Source: Phoronis australis
Taxonomy: Eukaryota > Animalia > Phoronida
Assembly (NCBI GenBank): GCA_002633005.1
Contig: NMRA01000138.1
Location: forward strand, 369,005-433,004
Reading direction: 5' to 3'
DNA length: 64,000 nucleotides
The first letter of the stretch is position 1, and each line of letters begins with the position of its first letter. Below, piece by piece: positions 49,581-62,090 of this stretch. The notes under the pieces were generated by a model that ran no database searches, was not told the origin of the DNA, and saw only the letters and a program-made list of their open reading frames with translations. Both the position numbers and the translations under genes were made by a program.

Positions 49581-52500
49581 GTTGTCTCTTCTCCGTAAAG
49601 TTCTGACGACACTTCTGCAAATACAAACAGTATAAGCATGCGTCCAAAACCATTCTCACATCTACAAAATAGCACTAAAAGTGTGTTCAGAGAAATATTT
49701 TTTGTTCATATAATTGCACGACACACGTTGCCTTAGCTAATTGGTACTTTATTTCTCTCGACGGAAGTTTAAATGAAGTGGACAAAATTAAACATCAAAC
49801 CAACAAGAAATGAATTGACGAACTTGCGTTCAATTTAATACATACATTGGTTCTTACCATGGCTCAATAAAATAAAACTATTTTTAGAACCGAAACATTA
49901 TGGTAGACTCGTTCAACCTGTTTGAGAATATTCATGCTGGGTTTTGTATCCCATTTACGTAGCTCTGGGTATGGGCACAAGGCAGCCCTGACGCAAGCGC
50001 ATGACAGTGTTCCAGAAAATTAGACCTTTTGCGACACAAGATGTTGAAGGCGGACTTTTGTCCAACTTTCCGTGACGACAAGGCGCTAACCTGTACAATG
50101 GGAACTTTCCCGAGATTTGTAAGACCTCGATCATGCTGGTTTTCCACGTGCAAGGCTATAGTCCTTAAAATAGGTTATGCAAGGATGAGATGGTGATTTT
50201 GTCCCACTTCAGCTGCGGAAAGTCTTACGTGGTCTGGTCGCAAGGAGGTGTCTTTGGGTTGACTAAGTTTTTTCCGAGAAAAGAGAGATGTAAACCTTAA
50301 TACCGTAAGCTAGCAAAATGGCGGGTACTAACGGGATTGGTTGGTGAGGTTGGGTTGCTGAATTGCAAGATTTTTCGACGCAGATGCATTGCTTATGTCT
50401 TGGACGGTGCCTTGTTAACATTTTTCGGGGTCTCTAGTCATTACAATACCACCTCTGGCCATGGATTTCGAGCTGCCTCCCCCCCCCCTCAACGTCGTCA
50501 TAACTTTCAGACACCCCTGTGGTGACAAGACGGGTATTAATTTTCACTTCTCCGCTCGTCACAATTTTACATCTCACCTGCCCTCATTCCGGGCGCCACG
50601 ACTTAGAGGGGCCTCTATGCCGAGATGAGGTCGTGCGAGGCCCTAAACTGCATTTTTAGCTTAATGGACTGCATCCGTTACACAGTTTTGAATAGCTCTG
50701 TGGGGACGAGATGGGGTCCCTATTTTGGACGGCGGCGCCCCAAACTGTAGATTATTTAGTCTAATGGGTACTACAACACTGATCTTGGGTCTACGTAATG
50801 CAACTCTGAATAAACCAAGACCAAATCCTGAACGATAATTTTGAATCCAGTTTCAGTGTTATGTGAAGGGGGGGGGGGGTCTTGATGTGATAATGATAAA
50901 AAATTACGTTTTTGGCATATCATTTCTTCCTTTACTCTTCCACGCGCCTGTAAAACAATGTGCAATAAATGCACATAGGCTATTTCGTATTTGTTGCGTG
51001 ATCCGTCACGGAACACACGACAAATCGTTAAGTAAACAGTTGACCGAGGTTGAATTACATGTCACGGCTAATCAATTAATGTTAATCATTCATGACAAAT
51101 CCAATTATTAGCTTGTCAAAGTTATACAACTGTCACCAAGTGTAAAATGAATATAGCAGTGAAGTCATTTGAAACATTCAGCACAAAATGACACATGTCA
51201 ACCCCCTTTATCCCTATCATAGAAATTTTTTTGAAAAAACATTGCAAAGTTTTCACCACTGGCGCACTTAACACAGAGATTGATGGCGCTCGTACACACC
51301 CCTCGTTTTACCCCCTCCCCCTGACCTCAAAATTTGCCAACTCTTCCCACAAATTTTCAGAAACTCCTTCCTCGAAGTTATCTTTTTCACAAGAAAAACG
51401 CTGCGTAAACGATTTTTGACATGAATTTCCAATGGCAAAAGCGGTACCGCGTCAGGAAAAAGTCGTAGTATTGTAGCGCGTAGTACTACATGACCGGTAA
51501 AAAAACGTAACAAGTAGGTGAAAAGGTAGTAGTGGTTGACATATATGTAGTAGAGTCGGTGCTGACAACGACTTCGCCTGTATTCTCGTCAAAGAATTCC
51601 CTACACCGACTTAAAAAGGCGTCGATGAGGACAGAGTGGAAGAAAATGACAATAACAAGATATCTAGGATGCTGATAATGACACTAAGTTGATATCCATT
51701 TTGAATCAAATCTAAGCATCTGGTTATGTGTCAGTAACTGACAAGCTGGCTCGTGTGTGGGCGACTGTTATGCCCAGCTGAACAAGACGCGTAAAATAAT
51801 CTTTAGTACGAGTAGTGTAGACTTAGTGTAGTCGTAATGAAGGTCACCATGCACTCCAAGGGAACATTTTCTAACCCACGTTTTAAATTCTAAAAACTTC
51901 GAATACGAATTTTTGTTTCACTGCCATATTGATTGGATATTTGTTGAAATCTGAAATGCCTGGAATATGTATTGTAGTCTAGTTGGAGATATACGAAGTT
52001 CACGTTTGATAGTAGCATTCTGATTGGTGTGCGTGAAATACTATAGTTGGGCTTGGTGTATGAATTAATTAAGGCAGAAATGTGTGTATTGTGAAACATA
52101 ACTATCATTATGGACTCAGTGAGGAGGAATTTCTTGAATTATGTGTCTGTACGCTTACCGTTTTGCCGCGCCATTAGGCGCATTGGCGTCTGTGCGGAAC
52201 TGTGCTTACATGCGAAACTTAGCCGCATGCGAATCACTTGGTTAAAAGAAAGGCTGCGAAAAAAGATATAGGTTCATAGGCCTGAAGGCACGACAATACG
52301 GTAATTCAAAGCTATTTACAAAATTTCTTTAAAATTCGCTAAAGAACTCCAAAGATACGGAGGCAAACGTAAAAAATACCATTAGGAGGCACAACGGTAG
52401 ACAAAACGGGTGCACCTATATACAAATTAATGTATAGCCTATGCGGGGGATATTGCCTGGGCTTATACGCGAACCACATGGTTAAAAGAAAGGCCACGAA

Positions 52501-54062
52501 AAAGAGTATTATTTCGGATAAAGACCTATGGTCATACAGGCTCGGCGAAACGGTATTTGCTGCTTGTTCGATGTTGACTTACGTTTTCACAGGACATATA
52601 TGTCTCAATGGTGAGTGAGGACATTTGTGTGTCTAGGTAAATAATGGCGGCAGCCCCTCTTTACAACAAAAAAATCGCCACCAGCACGCTATTTTCACGG
52701 GCTTACGTGGACATTTTTCCTTGGAAAAGTGTGGTTTAGTATTCCCCCTTTCGAAATTCTAGATCCACCAGCGGTTGTTGCGAGATGACAATGTTCATAA
52801 ACATCGGAATTAATTTTCTTGACCCTGCAAACAAATTATTGGCATGATCAGATTTGGTGACCACAAAATTACAGCGAACATGTTTGGTAATGGTGACCAC
52901 TAAGTAGTATACGAAATACACTTTCAAATTTATGTAGAATTTTCATTATATCTACATTTTTTACCTATTTACAAGTCTTTTCCGAAGAACGCGCATAAGT
53001 TTTTCAGTGATGCACCTATTTTGATAATTTTGAACAAATGGTAAATATGCGAAATTTTAATTGAGGACAACATCGATGTTTACCAAAAAATATCTTCTAT
53101 CATACGTATTTAAGGAATGTATGTAATTCACATCCACTGTAGCAAAGACCAAACGCCTTGAAGACGAATGTGTTGTAAAGCTATCAGTTGGTCGTCTAAA
53201 ACATATGGTCTTTCTTTTTGCAATCGACTGGCTTTGTGATCGCCTGCTGTGTAGCTATGAATGTGATGCAAATAAGTAAAATCTCATGGATTGTTTTAAA
53301 TATCATTATTAAAACATGATGTCTAGCAACCATAAACATCTTTAAAATGCCGTTGCCGGAATCGATTCTAGTTTTTTTATAGTTTCATACGCTAACATTG
53401 GCAAGCATTTAGTCATCCCGCGGTATCTTCACTATTTATTCATAATTTATGGACTTCGGAGAGCTAAAGTCATGTTTTAAGTGATAACAAACTCTGCTGT
53501 CGTATTGTTGTGTACACTTCAATCAGAAAAGGTCAAACTTCTCTGCACAAACTCTAAAAGTTTCAGACCCAATCGGTTTTAACAAATTTTCTTCGAAAAC
53601 AATTTCCAACAAGGCAGCGAAACAGAACACGCGAGACAAATCACGTCGTGGAAAGAACACAAATCGTGGTGAAGTACATACCATGAAGGTTTAAAAAGTT
53701 TAGGTTTGAAATGTACTCTTTTGGTGCATGGGGACCCACTTGAACTCGTTCTTTTAAACCATGATATAGCACTGCAGTTACATGGACATTTATTCAACAA
53801 CTGTGGCAACGTGAATTTCGAAATCAAAAATATCGTGAAATAATGCAATTAGCAAATAGCATTTTAATTACCTTAATGTCACTTTCCTATTTTGTCAGAG
53901 CTCCGGCAGGCACTCTATGGAACCCCACTTTTTTAAAGGACACAATTAGTTTTACGGGCGTAAAAGTGCATTTGGAGGTTACTTTTGTGTAGCTTAGATT
54001 TCTCGAATTTATTAGCTTTGATCAAAGATATAAAATGAAAGCGCTCCGAGGAGCGAAACTTG

Positions 54063-54421
54063 GCGAAATTAACCAAAAAACCACGTTAGAGATGACGAGA
54101 AAAGACGACGACAGAGATGATGACGAGAAAAGACGACGACAGAGATGATGACGAAGATGACAGCTATGACGACGATGCTGGCGATGATGGACAATGCAAG
54201 TAATGATATCAGTCATATGACGAACATAGAGGTCAGAAATCACTAAGAAATAGGCTACAGTCTTGAGCGATACTTAGCGAAATTAACTGAAGAAAAGACG
54301 ACGTCGGAGATGATGACGAAGATGACAAATATGATGATGGTGGTGGACATGATGAACAACATCGTAACATTCATATGACGAACTTAGATGTCATAAATCA
54401 ATAAGAAATAGGCTACAGTCT
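54063..54421. repeat. Two-unit tandem duplication with internal GAC/GAT-rich minisatellite
   Basis: Both units start GCGAAATTAAC and end TAAGAAATAGGCTACAGTCT. Inner repeat GATGACGAGAAAAGACGACGACAGAGAT occurs twice. Confidence 0.8.
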
Positions 54422-54449
54422 AGTTCAACAGAAGCTAAACCAACATCAA

Positions 54450-55300
54450 TGCAGCAAGAGCGCTCAACAAAGGAACAGCGTTATCAGAAATCTCAAATAA
54501 CTCAAAAAGTAGACGCCTTAGCAAAAAATGGAAAACATCCTCTGAAAGCCCGTTCAAAACTCTATCTAATTTGATAGTATTACACAATTCCGTAATTTTT
54601 TTCGAAAAAAATGAAATTTTGCGTTTTTTAAGAAATTTAAAGTCAAATATCTCAAAAACGATAAGTCTGAGAAAAAATTATTGCAGTTAATTTGAAAGAG
54701 TATACTTTAGAGAATCTACATGCAAAAATTCACATCATTTTCTCCTCCCGTTTAAGTGGCACCTCAGCACGACTGAAAATAGGTCAACATGCGCCAGATC
54801 CGCCATCTTGAAAGCAACTTGGCTTTGTATAATAGCAAGTCATAAAAAACAATAACTGCAAAAATCCAAAGAAATTGGTCCTATATTGTGTCCTCTACAG
54901 GAGATTTTCCCGAAATCGAGGTACGCATGCGCAAATGCCAATATTTCCGCCATCTTTAAACGGAAGTGAACAATTTCCAGTACACATGTAGTGCACATTT
55001 GGTCCATTAATTGTGCTGAGTTTCAAATTTGTACGTGAAAAATTGTAGCCTCCAGAAGCCTTTGAATCTTAAAATGAAAACAAAATGGCCGCCACAGCCG
55101 CCATCTTGGATCCGATTGTGACGAAAAACAATAGGCTTCCAGTACTTCCGGAACTACGTGTTATATGTAAATTTCGTGATGATCGGACGAAAATTGCGAC
55201 CTGTTTCGTGCAAACAAACAATAAAAACTTGATGTCAGACCAACATACAAAAATATGTTACATTTTCGTTGTTTTATTGCAAATCGTTGATTCCTAACAA
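54450..55300 (+). mobile_element. Possible non-autonomous Helitron/Helentron-like repeat
   Basis: Recurring GCCATCTT / AAATTTC / AAAATGGCCGCC motifs and a terminal ACAAACAA tract, as commonly seen in such invertebrate repeats. The family assignment is inference. Confidence 0.35.
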
Positions 55301-58300
55301 ATGCTTCCAGTCAATGTTAACTAAAATCGAAGAGGAGACCTCATCATCTGTTTCGATGCATAGTGACGCAAAAATGTTCAACACGGGCGTGTGTAGTAGC
55401 GGTCAAAGTCAAGGCGAAAATGCTAAGGGTTAATGTCCTCAGCGTACGTGAGAAAATGAGGAAAAAGCCGAAGCATATTGGAACAGTAATTGAAATCTAG
55501 CGCTGGACTGTCTTAGGAGATGAGTTGAATATTTCCAGAGGTGACAAGCTTCCTCGAGTAGACGTCCGGTTGGGTTTGTATTCTTCTCCTTCTCCCGGGA
55601 TTCATTGGCTTCACATTCATAGTTACATATACTTGTATTGGTTTTGAGCTTAAATCTAGAATTGTTTTTGAAATGTTTACAATGCTTCCAGTTTTACCCT
55701 AATTAACCGATTGAATCACTCGTCAAGTATCATTTTGTTCCAATGGGCGGCATCTTTATACCAAGAGTCGCTTTGCAAAACGGCCATTGTAATTCCGTTT
55801 TGAAAATCCACTAACATTCGTATACTCAGTAAATGATAGTGCCCGGATCTTTAAAAGGTTCAACATCACATGACAGCGGTAAAATTGTATGCATAATGTA
55901 ACTTTTACAACCTATTAGAACCCTGAGATGATACAGAATAAGCCGTGTGAATACAGAAGCCAATCAAATACTTCTAATAGATACATTCATGAAAGACTCT
56001 TAATTTTGTATAACGAAATTGCCGCTGGACAATATCTTAATTTCTAGTTCTACGCTATGATCGGAAAAGTTTTAGTGAGATTCACAAGAAAGAAATAGGC
56101 GTTGCAGCTTTTAAAGCCATTTGCAGAACAACTACGGATTTAGAATGGCTTTCAAGTTGTCGAATCGTCATGTCAATTTGATCGCAGAGGCAGTTTGGTG
56201 AAAGAACTTCTGACATAAAGCGTGGAGGAAATAAATCACCCAACTTTGACAAATAACTGTAAGAAACAGTTGATATGGGAGGTACAAATCTGCGAATGAT
56301 TTTGCTGTCAGTGGTTTCTTTGGTCTATATAGGTTGATGCCTATGCTGTTAGAGCAAAAAAGAAAGGGGTGTGAATATTTTTCGGGTTACACAGTTTTTC
56401 CTGAACTCTTGTTCAGCTAGAGGAAATAACACAAAAGAAGTAGGTGTATAGTGAATCATCAAGATGATGCGAGCACTGAAACATGCTCTCATCATGAGGC
56501 ATCCATGTAATAAGGACAGACTTGCAACAAGAAATATCTAGTCCTTTTAACCCCAAAATGAGAATATCAGAAAGTATGGTGAATCACATGCACTGAATCG
56601 CACGACCATTTGATAGCACAATTGATCCACGAGCTGGGAGTGGCACGACCATGCAGTATCGAGGGATTTTCTTTGTTTTTGTAGTTGTCATGCGTACTAA
56701 ATGTTGATTTTAGGTAATTGTGCGAAATTTTGCATGATAGGTTGTACGATCAATCCCAGGTAAGTCTTGTGAATAGTGGAGTTGACCGTTATTGATCGTA
56801 CGACCATTGTCGGTGAACAGCAATCAGTCTTGCGGGTGGTCAGGGTCGTAGTAATGCAGTTTGTTTTGGGGGACTGAACTTTTCTGTCATGGAAATGTTC
56901 GAGGACATGGTTTGTGTCTGTAAGAAACCTGATTCGTTATGTCAATTTTGTTGTGCAGTGGACTAAAAGGATATGATATGTGACGCCTAGGGAGGATAGG
57001 TCCGTATTCGGAAAAATTCCAAATAGTGATCCATTGGCCGTTATTTGGGGGTTCCCTGCCTGCAGAAATTACACGTACAGAAATTTACTATGTTTATAAT
57101 GAGGGTCTCCATGGAAAGCAGTGAGAACTGATGGGTTACCCTCATTGGAAAATATTACAATAATAAATAAATAAATAAGTGAGTAAATCCGCCATTTTGC
57201 GACTCTCATTTTCGATAACTTTTTCTTTAAACGATGTTCTTTCTCTCTCCATGATAGCAAGTAACATGTTCTTTCTCTTGCATCTTAAGATAAAAGCCGA
57301 CAAGACATACACTGAATTATCAAAAGTTCCCAGTGAACACACACACACATATAGATTATGTTTTCTAGTTGAACTTTTTGAAAATTGTGGGCTAAAACAG
57401 AAGAAGGGACACTTATTCTTTGATTAGATTATATTTTGGAGACACCGAACAATTTAAAACACCATTGCGATAGATTTTTCAAGTGGTGATCAGCTGCGAC
57501 TCCTGCGACCAATCGTACGCTCTTTTCATTATTAACCTGAGATTTTGTAACGTTCAGTCGCAAGTCGGTGGTTACATGGTCGTATGCTCAATGTGACCAG
57601 GACTTAACAACGTATGCGATTATCTAAACAAAATCCTATCCGACACTGTTGCAGTCGCAAGTTGTTACAGACGTTGCTGTCAGATTGCAGTTGTCAACAG
57701 TTCCCGTGTTATCATTCTGTTGCAACAAGTTACAATATACCAGCTTACATTAAACTATTTTTATCACATAACATCGGCGGCAAGGTGCAAAAGACTGTCA
57801 CTGCAATCACACAGTATTGTTTCGACCAGGCTTTATATAATAAATTGTATTTATCAAATGAAGACCACGGTTTACCAGGTAAGACAATTTTGTGTATGAC
57901 TGATAATATCTTGAGAAGTGGCTTTGATGAATAGGAGAAGTCATGGTTCAGCCCAGTACGTATAGTATTGTTGATACGCCGGTGCATAACAGATATGTCA
58001 ATTTAAAAGTCAGTGACTGATTGACTAGCGAGTCGAATGATTTGTAATAGCAAAATAACTTGTGTTTCAATCCTATGTGAGATTCCAAAAAACCCTGTCT
58101 TAGTACCTGCCTACACGATCTATTGGTGAGGACAGGACTTACCGGAAACCAGCCAATTAACAGAAGTTTTTGTTCACATAAATATTTGTAGGGAAATCAT
58201 AACTCTTCTTGGTGACATTTTTAACCAGGAAAGTCTTTTAAAATGTCAAGAATAACCAGCTATCCTTTTATTTTTCCACCGATCACCGAATACGCAGTCA

Positions 58301-58519
58301 ACAATACCGGGTTACTAAAGTTGTCAAAAGTCATTATTGTTGATATTTAAGAATTTTCAGCTGACAATGCAATGTTAAACCTGTTCACAATGATTTGCTG
58401 TGGTCACGTGTCTTGCACCTCATCTATGAGGTTATGACTGTGCGGTTTCCTAAGAGGTTTTGTGTAATTTTATGGAAGAACTTGCATTCATTAGACACGC
58501 AGATTATGAATCAAAATTA

Positions 58520-59040
58520 AATTAAATATCATTTATTGTACATCGTAGACATTGCCTAGATATACATAAATACCTAAATTCAAAGTATTTATACGGAGAG
58601 CGGTAATTTTCTCTTAAAGCCATAGAGTTTTGGATATGCAATGCAAGGCGCTGGATACTGTCATGATTTTTCTGTTGAAATACTCTAACTTGAGACGAAT
58701 TAACATTCACAAGGTCTGGTAGCTGGTTTTTTGTAAGGTCTCCAAGAACAGGACAACGACACATGAAATGAGAATCGTCTTCAATTTCACCCAGATTGCA
58801 TATGCCGCATATTCTCTCACCTCTAGGAATACCCATATGTCTCCCTTTCTCTACACTGAGTGAGTGACCTGAACATCGAAACTGCGCAAGTATTTTTCTC
58901 GAATAAGCGCTTAAAAAATTCACATATTGTTCGCTAACAAGATCACGTTTAATAAAACTATAAAATTCATATTTATTTGAACTACCTATTACCACTTGCC
59001 ATTCCTGTACAAAGTAGGATAATTGTCATCTGATAATGCG
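58520..59040 (-). mobile_element. RTE-X/L2-like LINE ORF2 C-terminus with zinc knuckle
   Basis: RKILAQFRCSGHSLSVEKGRH...RICGICNLGEIEDDSHFMCRCP. Confidence 0.8.
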
Positions 59041-59071
59041 GTGAAGTGTAAGCATTTTGAATTGAAAGTGT

Positions 59072-61104
59072 TCCTCAAATACATGTATGTTGTTCATCCA
59101 GTGTCCACTTCGACTGTGGATTGGTGAATTGACATGCATGCGTGTACACGTGTGTGCGTTTCAGTTCTTTTAAAGTCGGACAAGCCGACGGAAAGTTCAC
59201 TACAGGCAGTCCTCCGTCTTTGCTCAAAAACAGACACGTAACTATAGCCGTTTTTTCTTGCACTGAGAAAACTCCGACGAGCATGTTCACATTTTTGGAG
59301 AAAAGTAGGTCTAGACCTAATAAAAACTGTGGTCAATTAAGAAAGACTTCTCGTGTCAATATTGTCAATGGTGCACAGCTTCAGACTTCATGCGAGCAAC
59401 TAACTTGATGGAAAAACTTTCCAAGGCTACATGTCCCTATTCTGAAGGTTCGCTACTCCGAAGGTCCATTACTTTGAATGTCCACAATTCTGAAACCAGG
59501 ACTCCGACAGTTCTTTTTTTCTTAAAGATGAGCACAGCCCCAAAAGTCGCTTTCGCATTATATCCGACTCAGAGAAGTAGAAGACACCTTTGGGCAATGC
59601 TCGATTGTCAGCCCAGTGAAGCCAGGATTCGGACCCAGGTCTCCCAAACAGAAGTCCGAACCCCAAACCACTGAGCCGCACAGTTCATTATTGTGATTGC
59701 CTGCTAATGAGTCGGAACTGATATGAATAAAGCATTGTACTTGTGTCCATTTAGAAACAATGCGCGCACCCAGCCTAAAACGTGAGAACCTCAAATTTTT
59801 GGGAATTTGGACCTTTTACTAAATAAAAAAACGGGATACGTTCACAGCTGTGAATTGTGCATTCGCCGAATATAGGTAGTTCCTGACTTTTCAATGGACT
59901 TTTGTCTCGTTTTTTACTTTTTCGGAGTTTTCGTTTCACTGAGGCGGACATTTTTGCCCATTTCGCCAAAAAGGGGGTGGGTGGGGCGGGGGGCTCGTCC
60001 CCTGCCGGAGCTCCCCCATTTAAGAGGTGTGCAAAAGTGGAATAGTTCATAATACATTGATTACATTGTTTACAAATGACCTCAGTTCTAATCACTGCCA
60101 ATCGTGATTCTTGAATCTGAATCTAGTAACCAGCGACTCATTCTCAAGCAAGGATAACATCTTGGGCACGGGTCAGGGCTGCGGCGATAAACAGTTTTAA
60201 TTTAATAAGGCTGGACGAGACTCGCTGATTCGTGAAGACTGGCAGGGACAGGGTAGCCTATTAACTACATTTAATTTCGACCCGGCAATGTGTGGTTCCG
60301 GTGGGTGAGATTGAGGCGCAGCGCCCCTTAACTTTTCATTCGCGCTGTGAAATGATGCGATCTTGACATGGATTTGATGAATGCATCGTGGTTGATAATT
60401 TATCAATATTCCTACTTTATATTCTTTTTAAAATGCAATAACATTTTTCCGTGATCGTAAGACATACGGGCAAATTCGCATGCGCATGAAATCCAAACAA
60501 AATATTTTAGTACCCGGGAGTTGTTTTCGGTATAAGTACACCACTCAGTGCCTCCAATAACCTAAGTATCGTTCATTTTTGCTCGTAAAAGTATAAAATT
60601 TCACCGGAGTTGGGAATGTTGGATCTTTTCGTAGTAGTGAATCTTCCAAGTAGTGAACCTTCGGAGTAGTGGGCTGTTCTCATTTCCAATGATGTAAGCA
60701 ACTAACACGGAAAATATAACTAGATACAAAATTCGTCTAGTCATTCGCCGACTAAATATTTATGTGCGAGTAGGTGTAATCACTCAGTTAAGCACATCTG
60801 ATTTGAAAGTTTGGCAAGAGGTAACGCGAGAACATTCTAGACCACATTACATACGAATTTGAGTATCGTTCTGTGCGAGTAACCGTCCAGGCATTCTCAT
60901 TTCTGGTATTACTAAATTTGTCTGATCTCAGTAATATAGAGCTGAGAATCATCGTTGTGTATACAGATTCCCTTCCCCCTAATTAAGCTGTGTCAACTGA
61001 GGGCCTTACTGAAAACTCCACAGTGTCGACGTTTGCAAAATATCAAAGGTGCACCGTTGAAGAAATTCGAACTACCCCCCTGCGCAAAGCTGGCTACGTG
61101 TCTG
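59072..61104. mobile_element. hAT-like family C copy 2 (left-truncated, with an extra internal segment)
   Basis: Matches 46057-46245 and 46264-47279 and ends GCTGGCTACGTGTCTG. An extra ~860 bp (59280-60140) contains a SINE head and a G-rich MITE-like end. Confidence 0.8.
59540..59682 (-). mobile_element. tRNA-derived SINE remnant
   Basis: Minus-strand A-box CGGCTCAGTGG and B-box GGTCCGAATCC. Confidence 0.55.
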
Positions 61105-61114
61105 GTTCATTTCT

Positions 61115-62090
61115 GCATCTTATGTTAATATGGGCATGATCATGGAGTCAAAGACTTTAAAATGCATTGTGTGGGAAGTACAGTTAATTTTTGACAGAGT
61201 GGCTTTAATGACGCTCATTGCTTTTCGAGCTTGGCTTGCAAGTACTCTACAACACTCACTACATTTAAGTCTGCAGGAGAATGTGACCCCTAAATACTTC
61301 CAGTACGATTTGGTATCTGTTTTCATGTCGCCAAAAACCACCTATCAGTCTTTGGAAGTATAACCCCTAGCTTAAATACCAAAACATTTGTTTTTTTCAT
61401 ATTAACATGCCAAGTTTCAATCTCGATAAAACTTTTCGAGGACATTGAGCTTCATCTGTAGCCCAGCAACAGTATTCGACACCAGCACCAAATTATCAGC
61501 AAAAAACAGAGAACCTATATCACAATCCGGGGAGACGCATATACTTCTACCTACATTTTCTTTAATATCAGACACTAGTGTGCTAACAAACACCGGGAAC
61601 AGTCACGGACTAAAACACATCCTTGCCGGACACCAACTGCAGAACTAAAATAGGGCGTGGTCAATGACTGTACCACAGCCCACGATAGAGCCGTGCATAC
61701 TGCGCAAAATGTTAAACATTTTTCCCTGCAAACCTCTGATTAAAATTGCAAACAAGAAACGGGAAATATCTACGCTATCAAACGCCTTACCAAAATCAAT
61801 GAATGCGTAATATAATTTCCCTTCCGTTTAGTGACATGCTTCGGGATGATACTCTGTTGGTTAAAATGTTATTGACTGTAGAGTACCCAGTCCGAAAGTC
61901 TGCCTGTTCTTCCTGAGTATATTTCGTATTATTCTACCATTCAACTGTCCGAGAATAAAGAATAATTGTAAAATTTTTATTGATACTACCTATAACGGAG
62001 ATCCCTCTCTAATTGTTTGGATTAACTCTGTCTACCTTTTTGTATCCCGGCAAAATAATACTTTTTGACCATTGGGATGGATAGTGCACA
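61115..62090 (-). mobile_element. RTE-X-like LINE reverse-transcriptase relic
   Basis: RGISV, IDFGKAFDSVD, GVRQGCVLSP, LFFADNLVLVSNTVAGLQ and YWKYLGVTFS motifs, with stops and frameshifts. Confidence 0.82.
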
